Below are positions 8,195 to 16,170 of a stretch of DNA of 32,000 bases, in pieces; position 1 is the first letter of the stretch; every line of letters starts with the position of its first letter. Both the position numbers and the translations under genes were made by a program. The notes under the pieces are model-generated. The model was given only the letters and a program-made list of their open reading frames with translations, was not told the origin of the DNA and searched no databases. This DNA is from Haloferax volcanii DS2 (lineage in GTDB: Archaea > Halobacteriota > Halobacteria > Halobacteriales > Haloferacaceae), in assembly GCF_000025685.1 (NCBI RefSeq), contig NC_013967.1, forward strand, positions 1,920,001 to 1,952,000, read 5' to 3'.

Positions 8195-9772
8195 ATGGAC
8201 TCCAAGCACGTGGGTTGGGCGGCCGCGGTTCTCCTGGTACTTTCTTTTACTGCCGGGGTAAGCGCCGCAGCGGAGCCACCAACGACAACTGGAGACGCAG
8301 CTATCGACGTCCCCGACACACACCGGCAGGTCGGGCAGAACAATTCGACTGGCCTCTCAGAGCCGAACCTGACGGTGGTCATCGACAACCGAACTGTCGC
8401 CGACGGTGACACGATTACGACCGACGATAACCCCACACTCACAGTCCGAGCAAACGGTTCGGCACCGATCGACTTGCTGGTCGTCCGCGTCGATGGAGAC
8501 AGCAGACGGATATATACGCCGAACAGCACCGCGGTCAACGAAACGGCGACGCTCGATGTGAACGCCGGTGAGCACGCGCTGGAGGTGCTCGTCCAGTCGA
8601 ACGGGCGGACCACCGCCCACCGGGCGACGATAATCGAGGATTCGATCGCTCCGGCGATAGTGTTCTCGTCGCCGTTCCGGACGGGCAACACCAGTATCTA
8701 CGACCGCCCCGAGAACAACTACACGATCAATCGGTCGCAGATCCAACTCGATGGGACGCTTCACGACCACTCTGATGTCGAGCAGGTAACCATCGAGCTA
8801 CGCTATCACGGACAGGGTATCGATGCCCCCTGGGGGTTCCGAAAACGAATCGTGATCGACGACCCGAACACGTCGATTTCCAAATCACTTCGGCTGGGAC
8901 CGTTCAACGAGCAAGTGGGTGCCGGCCAAAACAGCCTCAAAATCACGGCACTCGATTCGCGCGGCCATCGCCGTCACTACAATGTCAACCTCTACGTTGA
9001 GGACGAGGACCCACCGTCGATCGAGATACTCGACCAGCGTCTGATAAACACGCGCTCGGCAATTCGGTTGACGATTCGGGTGACGGATCAGGTCGGCATC
9101 CGCTCGGTCGGTGTTCGTCGAGGGTCGGCCGACGGGTCGGGGTTGAACTACGAGATTCAGCCGAAGCCAGTCGGGGCACGCCCTATCGAGCACACGTTCA
9201 CGAAGACGATTCCGCTCGCAGGAGACAGCCGAAACATCACCATCGTTGCGGATGACGGCACCGAGAACGCGACGAAACGCGAAATTGAGGTGGACCACAC
9301 GCAGCTCGTGCGACCGGCGATTGAGGTCCGACCAGATACGCTTCGGGTCAGCGATAACCGCGTCCACGTCGAAGGCCGCGTGTACGATGGCCGCGTGACC
9401 AGCGTGTACGCCGAGACGGTCGGCCCCACTGGCAACACCATCGACCTCGCTCAGATATACGGTGGGGGTGTGACCAGCGCCGTTACGTTCAACGAGACAC
9501 TCCAACTGGATAGCTACCCGGCACGCGTCCGGATCCGCGCAACCGACTCGACCGGGAGGGAACACATCGAGTCGGTCCAAGTCGCACAGCCAAATGCGAC
9601 GGCCGACCCGGAGACCGCGTCGACGACGAGCCCGGATAGCACGGTGCGGACAAACACGCCGTTACCCGGTGTCCCGTCGGAGTCTTCGTCGCAGGGGCTT
9701 CTCGGAACACTCGTTGAGGCGGTCAGAAACTTGGTTTCAACAACTGCCACCGGTGAGTCCCTCGAGGTGTAA
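8195..9772 (+). CDS. Secreted glycoprotein-like protein with Ig-like repeats (525 aa)
   Basis: Track ORF 8183..9772 trimmed to the ATG at 8195 (MDSKHVGWAAAVLLVLSFTAGVSAAAEPP signal). It has many N-x-S/T sequons, beta-rich repeats and an acidic composition. There is no PGF-CTERM tail. Confidence 0.75.
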   Translation: MDSKHVGWAAAVLLVLSFTAGVSAAAEPPTTTGDAAIDVPDTHRQVGQNNSTGLSEPNLTVVIDNRTVADGDTITTDDNPTLTVRANGSAPIDLLVVRVDGDSRRIYTPNSTAVNETATLDVNAGEHALEVLVQSNGRTTAHRATIIEDSIAPAIVFSSPFRTGNTSIYDRPENNYTINRSQIQLDGTLHDHSDVEQVTIELRYHGQGIDAPWGFRKRIVIDDPNTSISKSLRLGPFNEQVGAGQNSLKITALDSRGHRRHYNVNLYVEDEDPPSIEILDQRLINTRSAIRLTIRVTDQVGIRSVGVRRGSADGSGLNYEIQPKPVGARPIEHTFTKTIPLAGDSRNITIVADDGTENATKREIEVDHTQLVRPAIEVRPDTLRVSDNRVHVEGRVYDGRVTSVYAETVGPTGNTIDLAQIYGGGVTSAVTFNETLQLDSYPARVRIRATDSTGREHIESVQVAQPNATADPETASTTSPDSTVRTNTPLPGVPSESSSQGLLGTLVEAVRNLVSTTATGESLEV

Positions 9773-9915
9773 CTTCTCGGGGAACGCCGAGGGCTGGGCC
9801 CGTGGTCCGTTCGATATTCGTCCACCACCCCGCGAGCGGTCGTTCGACGTGAAGTGCTGATTCGTTCAGTGGTGACAAATCTATTATACATCCTCATTTT
9901 GAATACGTCTACCAC

Positions 9916-10863
9916 ATGCCCTCCGACACGGAGCCGCCGCGGACCGTACTCATGCTACTGTGTCTCGTTGCGGTCGGTGTGGGACTGACACCACTTGCGA
10001 CCGCAAGCATGGGTGTCGCCTCCAACAACGATGCAGAACCGACACCGCCGGATGCAGACGTTCCGGACCATACGCTGGCTCAAGCCCAACTGTCGTCGAC
10101 CACGGACACGGCGACCGAGACAGCGAACACGACGACCACGCCCACGCCCACGACCACGTCGACACCGTCACAGACACCAAACACGACAGCCACCGCCACG
10201 CGAACTCCCACGCGGACGGCGTCTGCAACACCAAACACGACAGCTACCGCCACACGGACGACTGGTCCGGGGACGGCCGACGCGCCACAGGGGCTTACCG
10301 TTGCAGGGCTTTCGGCACCGGAACGACTTCGACCGACGGAACCGTACACCGTGACCGCGACGGTCCGCAATCCCGCTAACGAGACGCGCTCGGAGCGGAT
10401 TGAATACGTCTTTTCCGGGTCGACGATCACAAACCGAACGGTTCGGTTGGCCGGTGGTGCGTCGCGCGAGGTCCAGTTCGAACTGACGGCGAGCGGGCAG
10501 TTGACCGGCACGGAGACGGTTTCGACGGGGACGTACGTCCACGGCGTTCGTAACGCGTCGGGAGCGGGTATCCCGCGCTACCTGCGTGTGACACCCGACG
10601 TCGACCTCGCGATTGAAGCGTTTCAAGCGCCTGCGACGGCACCCAGCGACCGCGAATTTGTCGTCCTAGCGACCGTCTCGAACCCGGCCGAGACAACGAT
10701 CACGCGTGATGTCGCCTATCGCTTCGCTGGAACGACGATCAGCGAGAAAACCATCACCGTCGGGAGCGGCGAGCAACGGCGGGTCGCATTCGCAGTCACG
10801 ACCGAGCGGGTCGAGGCCGCAGGTGACATCCTCCCCGTCGTGAACGACCGGGCTTCCCGTACC
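9916..10863 (+). pseudogene. 5' fragment of a CARDB-repeat secreted glycoprotein gene interrupted by an IS element
   Basis: The fragment encodes a signal peptide and a Thr-rich linker with the duplicated unit PNTTATATRT. Two CARDB-like repeats follow (TVTATVRNPANETRSERIEYVFSG..., VVLATVSNPAETTITRDVAYRFAG...). Host homology stops after ...NDRASRT (codon ACC at 10861..10863). The remaining 22 codons to the stop at 10929 are antisense to the tnpB 3' end. Confidence 0.8.
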
Positions 10864-11010
10864 GCAGGTGGGATATTTGCTAGTCTACGACACGACCTGT
10901 TCTCGCGGTGCAAAGCAACCGCTCTCTGAGTCGAACAGGTGTACCGATGGCTGTGCCACACAGCCGTTACTCCTATCCTCACCGTGAGGACTCGGAGTTA
11001 TCTTCTGACG
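10840..11010 (-). ncRNA. Predicted TnpB omega-RNA (reRNA): scaffold in the tnpB 3' end plus right end, guide in the flanking host DNA
   Basis: The tnpB stop is at 10887-10885 and the IS right-end boundary lies only 21-24 nt further. Nested perfect stems sit in the last ~100 nt of the gene: CCTGTTC at 10896..10902 pairs with GAACAGG at 10933..10939, enclosing GCGGT..ACCGC. A further hairpin GGCTGTG-CCA-CACAGCC lies at 10949..10965. The 5' end of the scaffold is not determinable by eye. Confidence 0.45.
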
Positions 11011-12135
11011 CATATTCTCCGCCCCGTTGCAATCCGCGTTTCCGACCAACCCACACGACGAGCAGACGTACAACCCACGATGTTTCCGGTTCCCTTTCGT
11101 GTCGTCTCCACACCGTGAACACGTCTTCGAGGTGTCCCACTCGTTCTCTTTCAGCACCTCAACGCCACGAATCTTACCTTTGTATTCGAGGTACTGGTAG
11201 ATGCGGTCGAACGCCCACGTATGCAACTTCTTGTTGCCAGTCTTGCCCCAGTCAGAGTCACGAACGTCTTCAGGCCAGCTCACTGCAAGCGTACCAACAC
11301 CGCGCTCGGCACACTCTGTGATGATAGTGTCCGTCAGTGTATGGTAGAAGTGCGTTTCGCGCTCTGCGAGTTTCCGACGTGCCCACATCAACCTCTCGGA
11401 CGGGCCATTCTCACCTTCTGTGTCGTACTCAGCACGCGTGAAGTAGTGCTTGTCCTGTTTGAGCGAGTTGCCGGGGTAGAGAACGTATTCATCGGAGAAA
11501 GCGACCGTGGCGATGTTCTTGATGCCGAGGTCGATTCCTGCCACCTTGTCGCCTGCTGAGTCGTTGGTTTCGAGACTGACTTTGCAGACGAAGTGCAGTT
11601 CCCATTCGTCGCCGTTCCAGACGGCGCGAACGTTCTGCACCGATTCAACTTCCGAGAGGTCAACGTCCGGGCGAGTCTGGTACTCACAGAGGATGAAATC
11701 CGAGAAATGCTCTTTGAGGTTCGAGCCTTTGCTGAGTCGAACCCGATTGTTCTCGGGGTCGTGTTTGAATCCGTCTGCTTTGAACGTGACCGTGGAACGT
11801 GGCCGTTTGTCGCCGTGTTTTCGGTAGCCGGGCGGATTCGACTTCGAGTCTTTGTGTCGCAGGTCGAACCATGACTGGAAAGCGTCAGAAAGTTCTTCGA
11901 TGACTTTCTGACTGGATTGTGCGTTCAAGTCTTTCCAGCACGCTTGGTTCTTCATGTACGATTTGAGCGAACCTTCGTTTGGGATTTTGCCAACCTCGTC
12001 CCACACGCGGTCTGCTGTCCATCGTGCGACGTTCCAGATTTTCGAGGCAGAATCTCCGAGCGAGTCGAGGCCATCGCAGACCTGTTGGTGGTTCTGGATG
12101 GAACCAACGTAGGTGCGAGTGACCTGAATCGCCAT
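10885..12135 (-). CDS. tnpB: TnpB (IS1341-type OrfB) RNA-guided nuclease, 416 aa
   Basis: RuvC-like motifs are present: VAGIDLGIKNIAT (Asp), an acidic residue in the LAERETHFYH region, and GNADCNGAENM (Asp). A Zn ribbon is formed by CSRCG...CSSCG. The lower-GC, basic composition contrasts with the neighbouring genes. Confidence 0.92.
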   Translation of the reverse strand: MAIQVTRTYVGSIQNHQQVCDGLDSLGDSASKIWNVARWTADRVWDEVGKIPNEGSLKSYMKNQACWKDLNAQSSQKVIEELSDAFQSWFDLRHKDSKSNPPGYRKHGDKRPRSTVTFKADGFKHDPENNRVRLSKGSNLKEHFSDFILCEYQTRPDVDLSEVESVQNVRAVWNGDEWELHFVCKVSLETNDSAGDKVAGIDLGIKNIATVAFSDEYVLYPGNSLKQDKHYFTRAEYDTEGENGPSERLMWARRKLAERETHFYHTLTDTIITECAERGVGTLAVSWPEDVRDSDWGKTGNKKLHTWAFDRIYQYLEYKGKIRGVEVLKENEWDTSKTCSRCGDDTKGNRKHRGLYVCSSCGLVGNADCNGAENMRQKITPSPHGEDRSNGCVAQPSVHLFDSESGCFAPREQVVS

Positions 12136-12226
12136 ACATAGCCTATGTAGGAAGATTTAGTTAATCCTACGGATTGGCGTGGAATATCCAGCCTGCCATC
12201 GACGGTGGACTGCGTAGGAAGTGTCG

Positions 12227-12317
12227 GATTCACTCCCGCCGTAAACGGCGGGATTCTCTCCTCGAAGACAGATTCACTCCCGCCGTAAACGGCGGGATTC
12301 TCTCCTCGAAGACAGAT
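12227..12317. repeat. Exact 44-bp tandem duplication (2.07 copies) inside the IS left end, each unit carrying the hairpin CCCGCCG-TAAA-CGGCGGG
   Basis: Units 12227..12270 and 12271..12314 are identical: GATTCACTCCCGCCGTAAACGGCGGGATTCTCTCCTCGAAGACA. A third unit starts with GAT and then diverges. Confidence 0.9.
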
Positions 12318-12341
12318 AGCCTTATCCAGCGAGGTCGGACC

Positions 12342-12884
12342 TACGACCACAGTATCGAGACCGCTGGTGGGGCAACCGTCAGCGATGCGATTCGACTGCG
12401 AAGCGAACCGAGTGCACGCGCGGCGGCGCTCACGACACGGGACGTGCAACTCCTGAGCGACCTTCGGGAAGATACCCGATACACGGTCGCGGTTACGGTC
12501 AGGAACGTCGGAACAACTGCTTTCGACGGGCAGTTCGTCTACCGCCTCAACGGAACCGCCGTTGCGACGCAGAGTCGTAACATCCCGTCTGGCCAACAGC
12601 GGACCATCAGCTTCGAAATCGCCTACGCCGACATCGAGCGGGCGGCTCAGCCCCTTTCGACGCGCACGTCGACACAGTCACTCACCGTGGGGAACGCGTC
12701 GCTGGCCAGCGAGGATGTTACGGTCCACGGACGCATCGCGGACACGGACAGGCGCACAGAGTCTCCGACGCCTCGACAGGCGGCCAACTTCACCGACGAC
12801 TCGGAGGAAGACCCCGAAGCGTCTCGTGCGACGTGCGAACGAGGATTTTTCAGTCGATGTGGCGAAAAACTATTGACCAGATGA
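12342..12884 (+). pseudogene. 3' fragment of the IS-interrupted CARDB-repeat glycoprotein gene
   Basis: The frame continues YDHSIETAGGATVSDAIRLRSEP... into a third CARDB-like repeat (DTRYTVAVTVRNVGTTAFDGQFVYRLNG...RTISFEI). The upstream part of track ORF 12174..12884 (12174..12341) is IS left-end sequence, not host coding sequence. Confidence 0.75.
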
Positions 12885-12955
12885 CACTGACGCTTATCGG
12901 CACGCTCAGCTCTGTCGTCGCGATTCTCTACGAAATGCTCTCGGGGACCTAACCA

Positions 12956-13816
12956 ATGGCGCGAGGTCTCCCTGCGCTCTGGAGTTCGGTTTTCGGGCTC
13001 CCGCTCGTCGCCGCCGGGGCGTATCTGTCCGGATTCGTCGCGGAGCTGTCGGGCGGCTCACAGACCCAGTCATCGCCGGCCGCTGGGCTCATCATCGCCG
13101 TCTTCGGGCTGTTCATCCTCGCGATGGGGTGGTACGTGCATTTCGTGACGGCTCCGGAAACACCCCAGATGCGAGCCGACGAGCACCTCGTCGAGACGCG
13201 GAATCCCGCACAACGAAGCGCGCTCGCGGAAGCCGCGCTCGCCGTGCCCCTCCTCTCCCTTGGAGGGTATCTGCTGTATTTCACGCACCGCCCGCTGTAC
13301 CAGCCGACGATTGCGTTCGGAGGCGGCCTGTTTTTGTTCTCCAGAGGAATCTATCGCTACTGGCAGAACACGCTTACCACCTACTCCTTGACGAATCAAC
13401 GCGTAATCGAAGAGTACCGATTTATCTCGTTGTTGCGAAACGAGGTGCCGCTTGAGAAGGCTCGTGGCGTCGAGGAGACCCGTTCGGCGTGGGATTCACT
13501 GTTCGGGCTGGGGAACGTCAGGATTCGGTCCGGGGCAAGCGGCGGTCTCACGGTTGCCGTCGAGCAAGTGTACGACCCCGCCGACTTTGCCGGACAGGTC
13601 CGCCGGGAACTCTCCTCGGGAAGCGAGCAGACAGCGGCCGCTCAGGAGCCAACGGCTGAGGCGCGTGCTGACGGTGTGGCTCCGCCCTCGGCTGACGCGG
13701 GGGCCGAACGGGAGCGGTCCGTGGACTCCACCGAGTCGGCCACGGGCGACGCGACCGACAGCGAATCAGAGGCGGTATCGGCGGACCGGAGCCCCGATAC
13801 GGACGAAACCGCGTGA
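12956..13816 (+). CDS. Membrane protein with a bacterial-type PH domain (bPH_2/DUF304-like), 286 aa
   Basis: Four predicted TM helices are followed by YSLTNQRVIEEYRFISLLRNEVPLEKARGVEETRSAWDSLFGLGNVRIRSG, the YdbS/YdbT-type PH signature. The tail is acidic and low-complexity. Confidence 0.7.
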   Translation: MARGLPALWSSVFGLPLVAAGAYLSGFVAELSGGSQTQSSPAAGLIIAVFGLFILAMGWYVHFVTAPETPQMRADEHLVETRNPAQRSALAEAALAVPLLSLGGYLLYFTHRPLYQPTIAFGGGLFLFSRGIYRYWQNTLTTYSLTNQRVIEEYRFISLLRNEVPLEKARGVEETRSAWDSLFGLGNVRIRSGASGGLTVAVEQVYDPADFAGQVRRELSSGSEQTAAAQEPTAEARADGVAPPSADAGAERERSVDSTESATGDATDSESEAVSADRSPDTDETA

Positions 13817-13889
13817 TGCCCGTCGGAAGCATCCGTCGCGGACTGCGTTGAGCAGTTTGGGTGGAGGAGAGGGGGAGGGGAAGGGTGTG

Positions 13890-16142
13890 TTACGAGGACC
13901 GACTGGCAGCCACGCGCTCGGCAATCGAGTCCAAGAGGACGAGCGTCGGCGGGAGCGTCGCCAACGACGCGATGAGCGTCAGAAACACGACGCCGACGGT
14001 CAGGAAGCCGAACCCGCTGAGAATCGGGAACGGCGACAACACCAGCGCCGAAAAGCCGAACACGGTCGTCATTCCCGACACACTAATCGCCTTTCCGACC
14101 CGAGTGGCCGCGGTCTGAACGGCATCGAGTCGACTGACGCCCGCCCGCTGTTTCTCTTGGTAGTATCGGTCCATCACGATGATGGTGTACTCCGCACCGA
14201 TTCCGACTGTCATCGCCCCGAGACTCGCACCGAGTGGCGAAACCGGGATATCCAGCAGATACATGTAGATGTTCTGCCAGCCGATGACGAACACCATCGG
14301 GATGAGCGGCGCAACAGCCTTCACCAGATTGCGGTAGTACACGAGGAGCAGGATAAACACGAACAGGACGCCCAGTCCGGTCGTCACGTTCCGTGAGTTG
14401 ATCTGCTCCACGATAGAGGGGGTCGCAATCGCGGCGGTCCCCGTGATTTCCGCCGTCACTCCGGGTGGGGGGCTACTGTACGCGATTGACTCGCGCGTGT
14501 TCTCCAAGAACGAGAGGGCCTGCTGAGTGGTCATATCCTGTGCGGAGTAGACCATGATGTGCGCACGCCCGTCGTTGTAATACTGGAGTTTCTGTCTCTC
14601 GGGGACGGTTTCGAGCACGCGTTTGACGCCGCTTTCAGTCTGGGGGAGTTGGCCCCCGTTGTACTGTTTAACCAGCGTCGCTGGCGAATCGACGCCTTGT
14701 ACCAGCGGGGTCTGTGTCGCGATGTGCTCGAAGTCGAGCATCCACTGCAACGTTGCCGGATGTTTGAGATTCGTCCCGGTCACGAGCACGTCGTAACTCG
14801 TGCTCGAACCGCCGCCGGCAACAGAGCGGAACTGCTGGAGGTCGGTGTAGGCGGGGAGGTCCTGCGGGATGAACTCTTCCGTGTCCGCGAGCGTGTCGAG
14901 CGACCCGCCGGCCTGAAAGCCTACGAGAGCAATCAGCAGTGCGATACTGAGGACGAGCACCGGATGACTCGCGAGTATCCGCGCCGAACGACCGAGCAGT
15001 TCCCCGACGAGGCCGATGCGATCCGAGTCGCCTTGGTCTTGAGACTGCGTCGTTGTGGCCGTTGTCGGGGCGTCGTCTTCGTCCGGCGTCTCGTCTTCGG
15101 CGTCGCCCCGCCGGCGGACCCAGAGGGTGAGCAGCGGGAGGAGAACGAGTATCCCCGCGATGAAGGTGAGAAGCACGCCGAAGATCGAGGTCTGGGCGAA
15201 CCAGATAATCGACGGCGACGACGTCGACACCCACGTCGCTCCGAACCCCAACGCGGCGGCGAGCATAGCGACGAAGACCGGTGGACCGATTCCGCCAAGC
15301 GCTTGCGGAAGCGCTTCGCGTGGCGGATGGTTTTCGAGTTCTTCCTCGTACCGCTCGTGGAACTGCACGGAGTAGTCGATGCCCAGCCCAATCAAAATCG
15401 GGAAGACCGCGCTGGTCATCGTCGAATTGGGGACACCGGCGTATCCAATCGCTCCGAACGTGTAGATGACGCCGACGAAGACGGCGACAATCGGGAGGAG
15501 ACGAAGGCGGACGCCGCGGAACAGGAAGAACAGCGCCACGACCATGAGCCCGATTGCGAGGCCGAGTAACTGCTGGGTGCTCTGCTGAATGAGCGTCGAG
15601 AGCTGTGCAGAGAACGCGGCACTGCCAGTGACGGTTACCGTCGTCCCGGAGGGGAATTCCGCCCAGTCAGTCGCTTCAACGGCCTGCGTGTAGATGGGGC
15701 GTTCCTCCGTCTGAGAGAGCCCCGTATCGAAGACGATCTGGACGACCGTGTAGTCCGGCGACCCGATAACGCTTCGAATCTTCGCCTCCGAATCGGGGAT
15801 TCGGCCGTACTCCTGGCGGACCTGATCGGCCGGACTCGTTACGGTATGGACGTTCGGCTTCGTCGACATCTGCTGGTCGACGCGGTCAATCGCGTGGAGC
15901 GTCTGCGGCTCCGTAATATCTCCCCGTACGAGAACGGCGATGCTGCCCCGGTCAAACGACTCCGTAAACGCGTCGAACGTTGGGTTGTCCGCAACGAATG
16001 CAGCGTCGCCAGTAACGCTGGTAATCTGCGCAGCACCGCCGAACGCGGTGAAGATAAGCAGGACTGCGAGAAGCAGCACTGCGACCGGTCGCTGTTGGAC
16101 CTGTCTTCCGACCGCGCTGAACAGCTGGCGTAGCTTATCCAT
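13890..16142 (-). CDS. RND-superfamily (MMPL-type) exporter, 750 aa
   Basis: The protein has two-fold internal symmetry. Each half has one TM helix, a large extracytoplasmic loop and a bundle of five TM helices. The halves are joined by an acidic cytoplasmic linker (RRRGDAEDETPDEDDAPTT...). It starts 28 nt downstream of the COG1361 gene on the same strand. Confidence 0.85.
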   Translation of the reverse strand: MDKLRQLFSAVGRQVQQRPVAVLLLAVLLIFTAFGGAAQITSVTGDAAFVADNPTFDAFTESFDRGSIAVLVRGDITEPQTLHAIDRVDQQMSTKPNVHTVTSPADQVRQEYGRIPDSEAKIRSVIGSPDYTVVQIVFDTGLSQTEERPIYTQAVEATDWAEFPSGTTVTVTGSAAFSAQLSTLIQQSTQQLLGLAIGLMVVALFFLFRGVRLRLLPIVAVFVGVIYTFGAIGYAGVPNSTMTSAVFPILIGLGIDYSVQFHERYEEELENHPPREALPQALGGIGPPVFVAMLAAALGFGATWVSTSSPSIIWFAQTSIFGVLLTFIAGILVLLPLLTLWVRRRGDAEDETPDEDDAPTTATTTQSQDQGDSDRIGLVGELLGRSARILASHPVLVLSIALLIALVGFQAGGSLDTLADTEEFIPQDLPAYTDLQQFRSVAGGGSSTSYDVLVTGTNLKHPATLQWMLDFEHIATQTPLVQGVDSPATLVKQYNGGQLPQTESGVKRVLETVPERQKLQYYNDGRAHIMVYSAQDMTTQQALSFLENTRESIAYSSPPPGVTAEITGTAAIATPSIVEQINSRNVTTGLGVLFVFILLLVYYRNLVKAVAPLIPMVFVIGWQNIYMYLLDIPVSPLGASLGAMTVGIGAEYTIIVMDRYYQEKQRAGVSRLDAVQTAATRVGKAISVSGMTTVFGFSALVLSPFPILSGFGFLTVGVVFLTLIASLATLPPTLVLLDSIAERVAASRSS

Positions 16143-16170
16143 GGTTACTCCTTGTCCCGTCCATGGTCCG

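Larger units (their letters stand above)
10864..12341 (-). mobile_element. IS200/IS605-family, IS1341-type tnpB-only element (~1478 bp). Boundaries are ambiguous by a shared ACC/GGT triplet.
   Basis: Removing 10864..12341 rejoins the host gene in frame (...cgt acc | tac gac...). The rejoined codons restore a repeat-consistent peptide: SRT|YDHSIETAGGATVSDAIRLRSEP versus repeat 1 STGTYVHGVRNASGAGIPRYLRVTP. No tnpA gene is present. Subterminal hairpins sit at both ends, and there is no target duplication beyond the ambiguous triplet, as expected for this family. Confidence 0.75.

Noticed and set aside
12227-12317. Possible CRISPR array
   Set aside because: There are only two directly abutting identical units with no spacers. 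The repeat lies inside an IS end and contains a TnpA-type hairpin.
12174-12341. N-terminal 56 codons of track ORF 12174..12884
   Set aside because: This part is the IS left end, including the 44-bp tandem repeat, which is not a multiple of 3. Host-gene homology begins at 12342.
14559-15569. 336-aa plus-strand ORF inside the RND gene
   Set aside because: Antisense shadow. The minus frame shows the 12-TM RND architecture.
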